From: Octopus sinensis
Lineage: Eukaryota
Length of the DNA stretch: 64,000 nucleotides
NCBI RefSeq assembly: GCF_006345805.1
Contig: NC_042997.1
Coordinates: 133,982,001-134,046,000 of the forward strand
Direction: 5' to 3'
Position 1 is the stretch's first letter. Each line of letters begins with the position of its first letter. A program made the translations under genes and the position numbers. Under the pieces are notes generated by a model, which was not told the origin of the DNA, searched no databases, and saw nothing but the letters and a program-made list of their open reading frames with translations. Positions 35,690 through 48,141 of the stretch are shown piece by piece.

Positions 35690-36294
35690 TCATCATCATC
35701 ATCATCGTTTAACGCTAGCATGGGTTGGACGATTTTGACTGAGGGCTGGTGAACCAGATGGCTGCACCAGTCTCCAATCTTGATCTTGCAGAGTTTCTAC
35801 AGCTTTATGCCCTTCCTAACGCCAACCACTCCAAGAGTGTAGTGGGTGCTTTTTATGTGCCACCGGCACGGAAGCCAGTTGGCTGCTCTGGCAACGATCA
35901 CGCTCAGATGGTGCTCTTGTCACCCTACTAGCACAGGCTCAAGTGCTAGTATGGCAACGCAGGTAATGATCACACTTGAATGGTGCCTTTTATGTGCCAC
36001 TGGCATGGAAGCCGGTTAGCCGCTCTGTCAACGATCACACTCGTATGGTGCTCTTTGCACCCCTCTGGTACAGATGCCAATCATCAAATTTGATTTTGAT
36101 TTCGATTTCACTTGCCTCAACAGGTCTTCACAAGCAGAGTTTAGTGTCCAAAGAAGGAAAAGGTACACATAAGTGGGCTGGTTACGTCCCTGGCATAGGC
36201 CCCGAGGTTATGGTCTCATTTGGCTTGCCGAGTCTTCTCAAGCACAGCATATTTCCAAAAGCCTCGGTCGCTAGTCATTTCCTTGGTGAGGCCT
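35690..36294 (-). mobile_element. 5'-truncated RTE LINE: last codons, 3' UTR and family C tail
   Basis: 36247-36294 matches the ORF end at 28407-28453; 36099-36135 matches the 3' UTR at 28224-28260; this runs continuously into a family C repeat and (GAT)n tail. Confidence 0.82.
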
Positions 36295-36339
36295 ATATAT
36301 ATATATGTGTGTGTGTGTGTATGTATATATATCTATAAA

Positions 36340-36429
36340 TATAATATGTGACAATTATTTGGTAGCCCTGATAAAACTCTGAGTTTCAGATGTTTTATCA
36401 TGGCTACCGAATAATTGTCACATATTATA
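36340..36429. repeat. ~90-bp foldback hairpin / mini-MITE
   Basis: TGTGACAATTATTTGGTAGCCCTGATAAAAC vs GTTTTATCATGGCTACCGAATAATTGTCACA: 31-bp arms, 2 mismatches. Confidence 0.8.
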
Positions 36430-36501
36430 TCTACAGATAAATTCCTCTATTTACATAATATCGAGGTCTCTTTCATTCTTTTGTTGTCTTGCCATTTCTA
36501 T

Positions 36502-36595
<94 letters not shown>

Positions 36596-36764
36596 TGTGT
36601 GTGTGTGTGTGTGTATGGTGTGTGTGCAAATATATTTTCACTATGTTCTCAATTCTTTTTAAAATCGTTTTTATCTATATTCCTATACTTCGTTATATTA
36701 TTATTATGTTTATACATTCCTATTAATATATTTATATATCCATCTATATTTTTAATATTAATAT

Positions 36765-37375
36765 AAGTTAAGTTAAGTTAATTTTTGGCTCAAAAAGCAA
36801 GGCCATGTAGGGGGACATGGAGTTATGTACAGGGAGGGTGGTCATACAAAGAGTTCAGGCCATTTCTGGTCAAGGGAGACTTTGAACCGAGCGGTCGTCG
36901 GCATCTTCACTATCTCGTCCAGCAGCTTATTCCACGGATCCGCAACCCGGACGGAGAAAGCCCCTCTCCTTCGATTGAGATGAAATCGTCACAGATAGAG
37001 CTTTTCGGAGTGACCCCACAGCCGATGCTCTGGAGCAGGAGTGAAGAACAGCTCTTTCGAGAGGTTACACTTTCCACTTATGATGTTGTGAGTAAGAATG
37101 AGATCACCACGGCGTCGTCGTCGTTTTTCTAGAGAATAAAGGTCGAGCGTCTTCAGCCTTTCTTCATAAGACAAATGCGTGAGGCCAAGAAACATGCGGG
37201 TAGCCAGCTTCGGACTCTTTCGAGATGATGTATGTCTTGAGGAGATAAAGAGAAGAAGCTTGAATACCGTACTCCATTATGGGTCTCACCAGCGTGACAT
37301 AGAGCGGTAGGAATATGGCTGCTGTGAGCATTCCGAATGACCGTCGAATAAAAAACAGAACTCCGCGTGCTTTGT
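36765..37375 (-). pseudogene. CR1-clade LINE 3' fragment, copy 1 (frameshifted)
   Basis: LYVTLVRPIMEYG...LSYEERLKTLDLYSLEKRR..RGDLI...GHSEKL...FSVRVADPWNKL; natural stop at ~36842; (AACTT)n tail. Confidence 0.9.
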
Positions 37376-37952
37376 ATATTAACATATTAATATATGTTTT
37401 ATTTTGGGCAATTTTTATCCTAATTAAATTCGTGCACGCATGTATTCATTGAAGTTTGCCTAACTTGAACATTTTCCATTTCATTTATCATACCTATCTA
37501 ACGTCTCAGGTTCGACTTGAGCACTTCTATGCGGTCAATGTGCTTCGTTAGAAAAATTCAGCTATCATCATCATCATCATCGTTTAACGGCCGTTTCCAC
37601 GCTAGCATGGTTTGGACAGACGACCGGGGTCTGGGAAGACAGGAGGCTGCACCAGGCTCCAGTCTGATCTGCATTGTTTCTACAGCTGGATGTCCCTCCT
37701 AACGTCAACCACTCCGTGAGTGTAGTGGGTGCTTTTTACGTGCCACCGGCACAGGGGCCAGAGGAGGCTGGCAAACGGCCACGATCGGTTGGTACTTTTA
37801 CGTGACACCGACACGGACGCCAGTCAGGGGGCGCTGGCATCTGCACGTTCGGACGGTGCTTTTAACGTGTCACCGGCACTGGTATCTTAACAACAATTTC
37901 CATAAATAATACATATACGCACACACACACACACCACACACACACACACCAC

Positions 37953-37989
<37 letters not shown>

Positions 37990-38007
37990 CACACATACAT
38001 ACATACA

Positions 38008-38040
<33 letters not shown>

Positions 38041-38041
38041 G

Positions 38042-38075
<34 letters not shown>

Positions 38076-38084
38076 ATATATATA

Positions 38085-38130
<46 letters not shown>

Positions 38131-38329
38131 TGTGTGTTGTGTGTGTGGTGTGTGTGTGTGTGTGGTGTGTGTGTGTGTATGGTGTGTGTGCAAATATATT
38201 TTCACTATGTTCTCAATTCTTTTTAAAATCGTTTTTATCTATATTCCTATACTTCGTTATATTATTATTATGTTTATACATTCCTATTAATATATTTATA
38301 TATCCATCTATATTTTTAATATTAATATA

Positions 38330-38940
38330 AGTTAAGTTAAGTTAATTTTTTGGCTCAAAAAGCAAGGCCATGTAGGGGGACATGGAGTTATGTACAGGGA
38401 GGGTGGTCATACAAAGAGTTCAGGCCATTTCTGGTCAAGGGAGACTTTGAACCGAGCGGTCGTCGGCATCTTCACTATCTCGTCCAGCAGCTTATTCCAC
38501 GGATCCGCAACCCGGACGGAGAAAGCCCCTCTCCTTCGATTGAGATGAAATCGTCACAGATAGAGCTTTTCGGAGTGACCCCACAGCCGATGCTCTGGAG
38601 CAGGAGTGAAGAACAGCTCTTTCGAGAGGTTACACTTTCCACTTATGATGTTGTGAGTAAGAATGAGATCACCACGGCGTCGTCGTCGTTTTTCTAGAGA
38701 ATAAAGGTCGAGCGTCTTCAGCCTTTCTTCATAAGACAAATGCGTGAGGCCAAGAAACATGCGGGTAGCCAGCTTCTGGACTCTTTCGAGATGATGTATG
38801 TCTTTGAGGAGATAAAGAGAAGAAGCTTGAATACCGTACTCCATTATGGGTCTCACCAGCGTGACATAGAGCGGTAGGAATATGGCTGCTGTGAGCATTC
38901 CGAATGACCGTCGAATAAAAAACAGAACTCCGCGTGCTTT
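38330..38940 (-). pseudogene. CR1-clade LINE 3' fragment, copy 2
   Basis: ORF 38554-38952: PLYVTLVRPIMEYG...LERVQKLATRM...LSYEERLKTLDLYSLEKRR. Confidence 0.92.
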
Positions 38941-39482
38941 GTATATTAACATATTAATATATGTTTTATTTTGGGCAATTTTTATCCTAATTAAATTCGT
39001 GCACGCATGTATTCATTGAAGTTTGCCTAACTTGAACATTTTCCATTTCATTTATCATACCTATCTAACGTCTCAGGTTCGACTTGAGCACTTCTATGCG
39101 GTCAATGTGCTTCGTTAGAAAAATTCAGCTATCATCATCATCATCATCGTTTAACGGCCGTTTCCACGCTAGCATGGTTTGGACAGACGACCGGGGTCTG
39201 GGAAGACAGGAGGCTGCACCAGGCTCCAGTCTGATCTGGCATTGTTTCTACAGCTGGATGTCCCTCCTAACGTCAACCACTCCGTGAGTGTAGTGGGTGC
39301 TTTTTACGTGCCACCGGCACAGGGGCCAGAGGAGGCTGGCAAACGGCCACGATCGGTTGGTACTTTTACGTGACACCGACACGGACGCCAGTCAGGGGGC
39401 GCTGGCATCTGCACGTTCGGACGGTGCTTTTAACGTGTCACCGGCACTGGTATTTAACAACAATTCCATAAATATACATATT

Positions 39483-39547
<65 letters not shown>

Positions 39548-39569
39548 CACACATACATACATACATACA

Positions 39570-39639
<70 letters not shown>

Positions 39640-39650
39640 ATATATATATA

Positions 39651-42600
39651 CTAGCTGAAGGTGACCCGCTCTACGCGCGGGTAAGAGTGTGGTTGTTACT
39701 TTCTGTTGCTTCCTTTCAGCACGTAAAAAGCACCATCGAACGTGGCGGATTGCAGCGCCGCCTTGACTGGCTTCTGTGCTTGGTGGCACGTAAAAAGCAC
39801 CAACCGATCGTGGACGCTGCCAGCCCCCCTGGCACCTGTGCAGGCGGCACGAAAAAAAGCACCCACTACGCTCACAGAGTGGTTGGCGTTAGGAAGGCAT
39901 CCACCTGTCGAAACACTGCCAGATCAGACTGGAGCCTGGTGCAGCCTCCTGGCTTCCCAGACCCCTGTCAAACTGTCCAACCGTGCTAGCACGGAAAACG
40001 GACGTTAAACGATGATGGATGATGATGATGATGAGATTCTCCCTCTTTGTTTCTTTCTCCTTTCTCTCTCACTTTCCCACTCTCTTACTCTTCCTTTCTC
40101 TCGGACTCTCCCTCGCTTTCTCTTACTCTCTATCTTTATGTATTCTCTCTCCCATTTTTAAAACAACAAAAGATCTTGAGTAAGTTGAGAAATAAAATAT
40201 TTAGAAAGATCAATCAAATATCAGGCAGTTACAAAGGAAAGGTCTGCTTCAAGACAGACAGCAAAACACTAACATTTAAAAGGGACAGACGAACTTGCGA
40301 GCTGAATAAAAATAATAAAATATTGGAAACCAAAGTTTGAAGGGATAGAATTTGAGGATAGTAGAGTCACCATGGCTGGCATTTCTTAACGACGGACAGC
40401 AACGTATTGACAGTTCAACGGCTGGCGTAAAATTTTGAACTTGATGTAAAATAAAATCCCTAAAAACCAAGTTTTGACTTGATTCTTTCTCACGACAGTA
40501 GACTGACGATGGCAAGCATTGAAAACTTCTTCATCATGGACGGCAACACATTGACGATTAAAAGGCTGGAGCAAATTTTGTAGCTTGATGTAACAGAGAA
40601 TTGCTAAACACCCGCTCCTTTAAATTTTAATCCCCTTCCAGTCCCATTTATACCCCTTTTCACCTTTTGGTTAATATAACCCGATTTCATTTGGGTCTAC
40701 TGGGGCCACATTTTATAAGATGAGGACACAACCAAGTTTCCCAGGTTCTGGTCATAGACCATAGAACACTCAACCAAGTTTCCCGATTTCTGGTCATAGA
40801 CCATAGAACAGTCAAACAAGTTTCCCGAGTTCTGGTCATAGACCATAGAACACTCAACCAAGTTTCCCGAGTTCTGGTCATAGACCATAGAACACCAAAC
40901 TAAGTTTCCCGAGTTCTGGTCATTTGCAGAATAAATAGAGACGGCGGAGGTGGCAGACGTCGTTGCAATGTAAACATGATTTGTTATAAGAGAAAGATTG
41001 CCCAGATTGTGTGTTGGTGGTGTTGGTGGTGGCGATGATAATTATCATTAGGAAAAAGAGTGAGTGAGTGAGGAAGACATACATAAGTTGTGGCGATGAT
41101 AATTGTAGACCCCTTTTCACATTTTGATGAAGAGAACCCGATTTCATTCGGGTGTACTGGGGCTACATATAGGTGTGTGTGTGTGTGTATGTGTGTGTGT
41201 GTGTGTGTGTGTATGTGTGTGTGTGCACGCTGTAGAAATTAAATTAGAGATAAAACCACTAATAGGGAAATGAAACAGTAAAAAACCAAAAGCAAAAACA
41301 TAAAGATAAAAATATAATATTAGATATATGTATATATGTGTGTGTGTGTGTGTGTGTGTTGACAGGTAGACAATAGAATGCGATGGCGATGGGGATGGCG
41401 AGTAATATTTGTTACTGTCCATGAACGCTGAGAGATACATGAGTAAAATGTATAGGAAGGTAAGAGATAGAGTGAGTGAAAATGTTCTCGGAAGAGAGTA
41501 AATAGCTACAGAGCGATTTGAGGAAGACTTTACATTAAATAACGGTAGTTGCATTGTCAAATGAAGAGGAGTGACAGAGTACTGGAGGAAATAGGGTGGG
41601 GTAGGAAGATGGCCCCTAGCAACCACACCTTTTAAGATAGGGATTTCTAAGGTAGCCCACGCGCATCGTCACCTCATTCTACATGTCCGTGTAAATTTTG
41701 GAGCGAATCGGACGGGATGTAGTGGCATTGAAAGCGAACCAAGCGGTAAAAACGCATTTCAGTTTTATATATAGAGACTAGCTGAAGGTGACCCGCTCTA
41801 CGCGCGGGTAAGAGTGTGGTTGTTACTTTCTGTTGCTTCCTTTCAGCACGTAAAAAGCACCATCCGAACGTGGCGGATTGCAGCGCCGCTTTGACTGGCT
41901 TCTGTGCTGGTGGCACGTAAAAAGCACCAACCGATCGTGGACGCTGCCAGCCCCCCTGGCACCTGTGCAGGCGACACGAAAAAAGCACCCACTACGCTCA
42001 CAGAGTGGTTGGCGTTAGGAAGGGCATCCACCTGTCGAAACGCTGCCAGATCAGACTGGAGCCTGGTGCAGCCTCCTGGCTTCCCAGACCCCTGTCAAAC
42101 TGTCCAACCCGTGCTAGCACGGAAAACGGACGTTAAACGATGATGATGATGATGATTGATGATGATTCTCCCTCTTTGTTTCTTTCTCCTTTCTCTCTCA
42201 CTTTCCCACTCTCTTACTCTCCTTTCTCTCGGACTCTCCCTCGCTTTCTCTTACTCTTTATCTTTATGATCTCTCTCCCATTTATAAACAACAGAAGATC
42301 TTGAGTAAGTTGAGAAATAAAATATTTAGAAAGATCAATCATAAATATCAGGCAGTTACAAAGGAAAGGTCTGCTTCAAGACAGACAGCAAAACACTAAC
42401 ATTTAAAAGGGACAGACGAACTTGCGAGCTGAAATAATAAATAATAAAATATTGGAAACCAAAGTTTGAAGGGATGAATTGAGGATAGTAGAGTCACCAT
42501 GGCTGGCATTTCTTAACGACGGACAGCAACGTATTGACAGTTCAACGGCTGGCGTAAAATTTTGAACTTGATGTAAAATAAAATCCCTAAAAACCAAGTT

Positions 42601-42940
42601 TTGACTTGATTCTTTCTCACGACAGTAGACTGACGATGGCAAGCATTGAAAACTTCTTCATCATGGACGGCAACACATTGACGATTAAAAGGCTGGAGCA
42701 AATTTTGTAGCTTGATGTAACAGAGAATTGCTAAACACCCGCTCCTTTAAATTTTAATCCCCTTCCAGCCCCATTTATACCCCTTTTCACCTTTTGGTTA
42801 ATATAACCCGATTTCATTCGGGTCTACTGGGGCCACATTTTATAAGATGAGGACACAACCAAGGAGCGAATCGGACGGGATGTAGTGGCATTGAAAGCGA
42901 ACCAAGCGGTAAAAACGCATTTCAGTTTTATATATAGAGA
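39651..42940 (-). mobile_element. Head-to-tail dimer of Helitron H4 (39651-41777 long; 41778-42940 internally deleted)
   Basis: CTAGCTGAAGGTGACCCGC at 39651 and 41778; GAGA|CTAG junction; 5' ends TATATATAGAGA at 41777 and 42940. Confidence 0.9.
40729..40923 (+). repeat. 42-bp minisatellite (~4.6 copies) inside Helitron H4
   Basis: CAAGTTTCCCGAGTTCTGGTCATAGACCATAGAACA unit repeated contiguously. Confidence 0.9.
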
Positions 42941-43464
42941 TAAAATAGAAGCTGTTTCTTTCGTTAAATTTTTTACAAGTACACCTTTACCTCAATTAGG
43001 AATCCGAAGAAACGTTTTTAAAAAAATGTGTTTTTTCAAGGTGAGGTGCGAAACTGCATTAGCCTCCCCCCCCCCACTTCACTATACAGAAAAGTACAAG
43101 GAAACAAGTTTAGTGGGATGGGCACAATTGTATGGCTAAACCCACTTCCTGAATTCAAAACATCCGTTAAGAAAGTAACAAAGGCTATTTCGGTTCAGTT
43201 TGTGGTTATGAGCATGGGGTAGTGTAACTAGGTGTGTGCGCACGCGTATGCCCTCGTGTTTGGGTGTGTGTGGGGGAACGTGCGTGAATAAACTGGTATT
43301 CGCACTAAGTGTTCCCATTACTTCCGTATAGACGCGTATGTGCATGTGTATGTGTGTGTGCGTGAGTATGTGTGTGTGTGTACTGCATTATTGTTTGCAT
43401 GTGTGTGTGTGTGTGTGTATTCCATACGTATGTGAATACACGCATATTTTCATTTCAAGCCTCT

Positions 43465-43541
43465 CCCTAACCCTAACCCTAACCATTTCAAGCCTCCCCT
43501 AACCCTAACCCTAACCCTAACCCTAACCCTAACCCTAACCC
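43465..43541 (+). repeat. Interstitial (CCCTAA)n
   Basis: Two blocks, each preceded by ATTTCAAGCCTC. Confidence 0.9.
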
Positions 43542-43730
43542 GCAATATCTTACAAATTTTCAATGTGTCAAGAATCGACCTAAAGTACACTTAGTTTTCT
43601 TGCGGGAGGTGGGAAAACCCCAGCATTTCTAGGGTTTGATACAGCTCTGTGTGTATATATATATGTACGTATATGTATGTACGTATATGTATATATATGT
43701 ACGTATATGTATGTACGTATATGTATATGT

Positions 43731-44052
43731 GAAGGCGCATGGCTCAGTGGTTAGAGCGTCGAGGTTGTGAGCTCGAATCCCGGACCGGGCTGCGTGTTGT
43801 GTTCTCGAGCAAGGCACTTTATTTCACGTTGCTCCAGTTCACTCAGCTGTAGAAATGAGTTGCGACGTCACTGGTGCCAAGCTGTATCGACCTTTTCTTT
43901 CCCTTGGATAACACTGGTGGCGTGGAGAGGGGAGGCTGGTATGCATGGGCGACTGCTAGCCTTCCATAAACAACCTTGCCCGGACTTGTATCTAGGAAGG
44001 TAACTTTCTAGGTGCAATCCCATGGTCATTCATGACCGAAGGGGGTCTTTTA
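43731..44052 (+). mobile_element. tRNA-derived CORE-type SINE family D
   Basis: GGCGCATGGCTCAGTGGTTAGAGC A-box, CTCGAATCCC B-box, CTCGAGCAAGGCACTT...CACTCAGCTGTAGAAATGAG CORE-like domain. Confidence 0.85.
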
Positions 44053-44129
44053 TATGTATATGTATGTACGTATATATGTATATATGTAAGTATGTATGTA
44101 TGTCTCTTCTATTTTTTTAATTATTATAA

Positions 44130-44570
44130 ATCTTCCACCGAGGAGGGAGTCGGTTTCTAACAAAGATACAAGGCTCCATCTTTGGGATGTAGTTAACACA
44201 GACAAATTCACATTTAGAACTTGAGAAAAATCTTGCATATTTTTACTGTTCCACTCACAGATTGCACTTGTAAAGTTCGAATTAGCCGGTCGATTTCTCT
44301 TTCTGAAAATCCCAGTATATCCAGATTCTCCTTTCAGCATTTACTAACAAAACCTAGTGCTCCAATTATTATTAGAATGAATATGAATTCATAGTCTGAA
44401 TATAGAAGCTGGAGGTTTCAAAGCAGTTGTCCATAGACATCCTCTTTTCCTTTGATTTTCAAAGAGATATTTATATCTGCAGGGCAACTGGCCTCTATGA
44501 CGGTACATATCTTTGCCCTTCTGTCCAGAACAACAAAATCCGACATGTTATGTTTACATTTGACAGAAGT
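44130..44570 (-). pseudogene. 3' fragment of a fourth RLE-type non-LTR family
   Basis: KCKHNMSDFVVLD...ICTVIEASCPADIN...KEDVYGQLL...IIIGALGFVSK...GTVKICKIFLKF*: RLE-domain pattern. Confidence 0.72.
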
Positions 44571-44640
44571 TTTGTATGTATGTATGTATGTATGTATGTA
44601 TGTATGTATGTATGTATGTATGTATGTATGTATGTACGCA

Positions 44641-46130
44641 CTAGCTGTTGGACCCAGCGTTGCTCGTGTTTTCCGTGTTGAAGTTAAGCCCACTTCTGAC
44701 CTTGTACTGAAATCTTCAACGTTCCCCGTGCCAACAATTACCCATTAAGATGTTACATCTGGTTCGGCAGGGATTTTACCCGGTTAACGCTTTCGACATA
44801 CTCCTACATACTGGGCCGTCTGAAATCGCAGTCAAACTTTTGGGTGTACCTCGACCCGTTGAGAGTGATGTTCTTTTTATATTTCTCTCCCCTTAATACC
44901 ATCCTCTATTCAAAATTGATCAGCGTGTCCAATCTTAGCAAAATCCGAAGAAAATTGTTAAGGTTATGTCATAAAATAGAATCCATGTGACCATTTACAT
45001 GAAAATATCCCACTGGCTTTTAAATCCAAGTACATTATATGCATAATCGATGTTTCATATGTCGAAGTGCTTAATTTTATTCATGGGTCAATTTTCTTCA
45101 AAATCCTATGGGTAATTGTATAAAAAAAAGCCTATTGATTTCTTACAATCTCCCGCTCACGCGCAATTATCGATTACTGTAATGGACATGAAATATAATC
45201 ACGTGTAAAATTTCTACAAAATCGATAAGAGCATCTCTAAGGAAATGCTTATTTGCATTTGTGCCCTTTTCAATTAAATAAACACCTTTACCGTCTCCCC
45301 ACCACAAAATTTACCTACATCTCAAATTTCATTAAAATCAGATAAAAATATAAAAGTTACAGCCAAAAATACGATCCCTATTAGTGTTTGGACGCAAAAA
45401 GACTATTGATTTTATGAAACCACTGCTCAGGCGCAATTATCAATTTTTTGTCAACGGCATATACTGACATCATCTCACTGCCATGAGCCTCGCCCACTCA
45501 TCGATTTTCATCAAAATCAGACAAAAAATGCAAAATCTGCTGGAAAACTGACATCGTTATGGCAATTTTCATTCAAACGCCCGATTGAGCTTACAAAAAT
45601 CGATGCCAACTAAACATTATCAAGTTTTCGAAAAGTTTCGACCTTATATGAACTTCAGAGTATGTGATCTACCTATGTGCAAAAAATCATTAAAATCAGT
45701 TGGACGGTGTGGGAGGAGTTAGAATAACCCCAAACACACAGAGAGACACCATTACACATTTATGTACATAGACTAGCAGTTGGACCCGACGTTGCTCGTG
45801 TTTTCCGTGTTGAAGTTAAGCCCACCTCTGACCTTGTATTGAATAAGCATTTCCTTAGAGACTATTCTATCAATTTTGTTGAAATTTTACACTTGCAGAA
45901 TGCAAAAGCTGCTGGAAAAATAACATCGTTATGGGAATTTTCATTCACACGCCTGATTGGGCTCACAAAAATCGATGCTAATTGAGTATTATTGAGTTTT
46001 CGAAAACTTCCGGCCTTATGTGATGTACCTATGTGTCAAAAATTATTAAAATCAGTTGGACAGTGTGGCAGGAGTTAGAGTAACCCCACCCACACAGACA
46101 GACAGACACCATTACACATTTATGTATATG
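44641..46130 (-). mobile_element. Head-to-tail dimer of Helitron family H5 (44641-45772 long; 45773-~46130 deleted)
   Basis: CTAGC.GTTGGACCC..CGTTGCTCGTG at 44641 and 45773; TAGA|CTAG junction; both units share ACAGA.AGACACCATTACACATTTATGTA near the 5' end. Confidence 0.85.
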
Positions 46131-46152
46131 TATGTATGTATTATGTAATTGC

Positions 46153-46240
<88 letters not shown>

Positions 46241-46545
46241 ATGTGTGTGTGTATGTGTGTGCGTATGCGCCTCTGTGTATCTTCGTGTACCTCCGTGTGC
46301 CAATTATCCAATCTCCTCTAACCAAACTTCTAAAAAAGTTTTCACTGTTTCCTATATAATCTTAACCTTCACGGTCTTAAATGTATCTGTAGACTATTTC
46401 ATCGGAGAACATCCATTTTTTGGAAAGTTATGAAGAAACAAAAGCAGTGTATTGTACAAAGTGCAGAAAGCCGCTTTGCAAGCGAATAGTTTCGGGTTCA
46501 GTCCCACCGCACACACACACACACACACACACACGTACATAAATA

Positions 46546-46702
46546 AGTCGGGTTGCTTGGGAACGCAGCCCAAAGCGGGTGGTAAGCTCCATCCAAGGCT
46601 AAATACGGGGACGAGTCCGATAGCCGACAAGTACCGCGAGGGAAAGTTGAAAAGAACTTTGGAGAGAGAGTTCAAGAGACCGTGAAACCGCCCAGGGGTA
46701 AA
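46546..46702 (+). pseudogene. Isolated 28S rRNA fragment (conserved core near the 5' end of LSU rRNA)
   Basis: AGTCGGGTTGCTTGGGAACGCAGCCCAAAGCGGGTGGTAA...CAAGTACCGCGAGGGAAAGTTGAAAAGAACTTTG..GAGAGAGTTCAAGAG..CGTGAAACCG matches the conserved eukaryotic LSU sequence; no other rDNA around it. Confidence 0.9.
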
Positions 46703-47103
46703 GTTTGAGAAGGGAAGCTGGCAGAAATGTCAGCACGCTGGGTGAAATGTTTAGCAGTATTTTATCTGTCTTTACGTTTTGAGAATCATCTGAAGCAGTC
46801 CACAACCACCAACATCACCAGCAGCATTGTCATTGATTCCACTTCAACCACATACACCGCCATCAATGTTATCATAACGGTTACCTTGACAGTCACTTTC
46901 ACCACCACAACCAGTATAACCACTGCAATACCACCATCACACAACTGACACTATCATCAAAACCACTATTACCACCATCACCTCAGCATCACACATCACA
47001 CTGCTCCTGTCGCCATTATAACCACCGATACTATTTTATCCTCCTCCCATACTTATCTCGACCATCGTCATCATCAACACTGTCTCTAAACAGCAACGCC
47101 ACC

Positions 47104-47386
47104 ATAGGTTACGTGGAAACGATTCGTTTTCAAGGGAGATAATCAAAGAACGTAATGTCATACTTCATGTAAAGTAAATACAACAAATGAAAAATCTTTC
47201 AAGAATCCATAAAAATCTCCAGATCACTCCCAAAATTTCGTCATCTATTCCGTGTCATTACTAACTTTTTCTGCAAGTTTCATCAAATATCGTTCTCAAC
47301 TGTTTGAGTTATTTTGCACACAGACGGATAGACGGACAAACCAGCGCCAATGAAAACATAACCTCCTGCCTTGGCGGAGGTAATAA
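47104..47386. mobile_element. Possible Helentron/DINE-type non-autonomous element end
   Basis: Terminal hairpin ACCTCC(TG)CC-TT-GGCGGAGGT preceded by GAAAACATA and a GACGGA/GACA stretch; resemblance to such elements is recalled, not searched; left end approximate. Confidence 0.4.
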
Positions 47387-47714
47387 AAGATATAAATTAA
47401 GAAACACTGCAAGAGGAAAAAAAACAAAAAGAAAAAAGAAATATTCTATAAGGGAAAAGAAAAAAAAAATTCTATAAGGGAATTAATTACAATCATTTTT
47501 GAAGAGTAGCCTCCCTTGAAAATATTTTCTATTTAATACGCAAGGTAAAATGTTTATATTCCGAATTGCAGTTGATATTGCATGTCGTTCCTGATTGAAG
47601 ACACAATAATCAGAGGCATCCTGACAATGATACGATGACCAGAAGCATTCCGACAATGAACATCTGCACGTAACTATAAACTCATATCTATATCTATCTG
47701 TAGGTATGTTTGTA

Positions 47715-48141
47715 TTCTCTTTTACTCTTTACTCTTTGCTCTTTTACTTGTTTCACTCATTTGACTGCGGCCATGCTGGAGCACCGCCTTTAGTCGAGCA
47801 AATCGACCCCGGGACTTATTCTTTGTAAGCCCAGTACTTATTCTATCGGTCTCTATTGCCGAACCGCTAAGTGACGGGGACGTAAACACACCAGCATCGG
47901 TTGTCAAGCAATGCTAGGGGGACAAACACAGACACACAAACATATACACACACACTTATAAATATATATACATATATACGGCAGGCTTCTTTCAGTTTCC
48001 GTCTACCAAATCCACTCACAAGGCATTGGTCGGCCCGGGGCTATAGCAGAAGACACTTGCCCAAGATGCCACGCAGTGGGACTGAACCCGGAACCATGTG
48101 GTTTGTAAGCAAGCTACTTACCACACAGCCACTCCTGCGCC
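47715..48141 (-). mobile_element. SINE family A, CpG-intact
   Basis: Full head-to-tail match to family A. Confidence 0.88.

Larger units (their letters stand above)
36510..39640 (+). repeat. Near-identical tandem duplication, period ~1565 bp
   Basis: Microsatellite, AT-rich spacer, CR1 fragment and family C copy repeated (e.g. 36781 vs 38346); differences mainly single-base indels. Confidence 0.9.

Noticed and set aside
36785-37132. 115-aa plus-strand ORF MAQKARPCRG (duplicated at 38350-38697)
   Set aside because: Antisense frame of the CR1 fragment.
40729-40923. CRISPR-like array
   Set aside because: Contiguous near-identical 42-bp units without unique spacers, eukaryotic context, no cas genes.
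43465-43541. Chromosome end / true telomere
   Set aside because: Short, interrupted, internal blocks with ordinary sequence on both sides.
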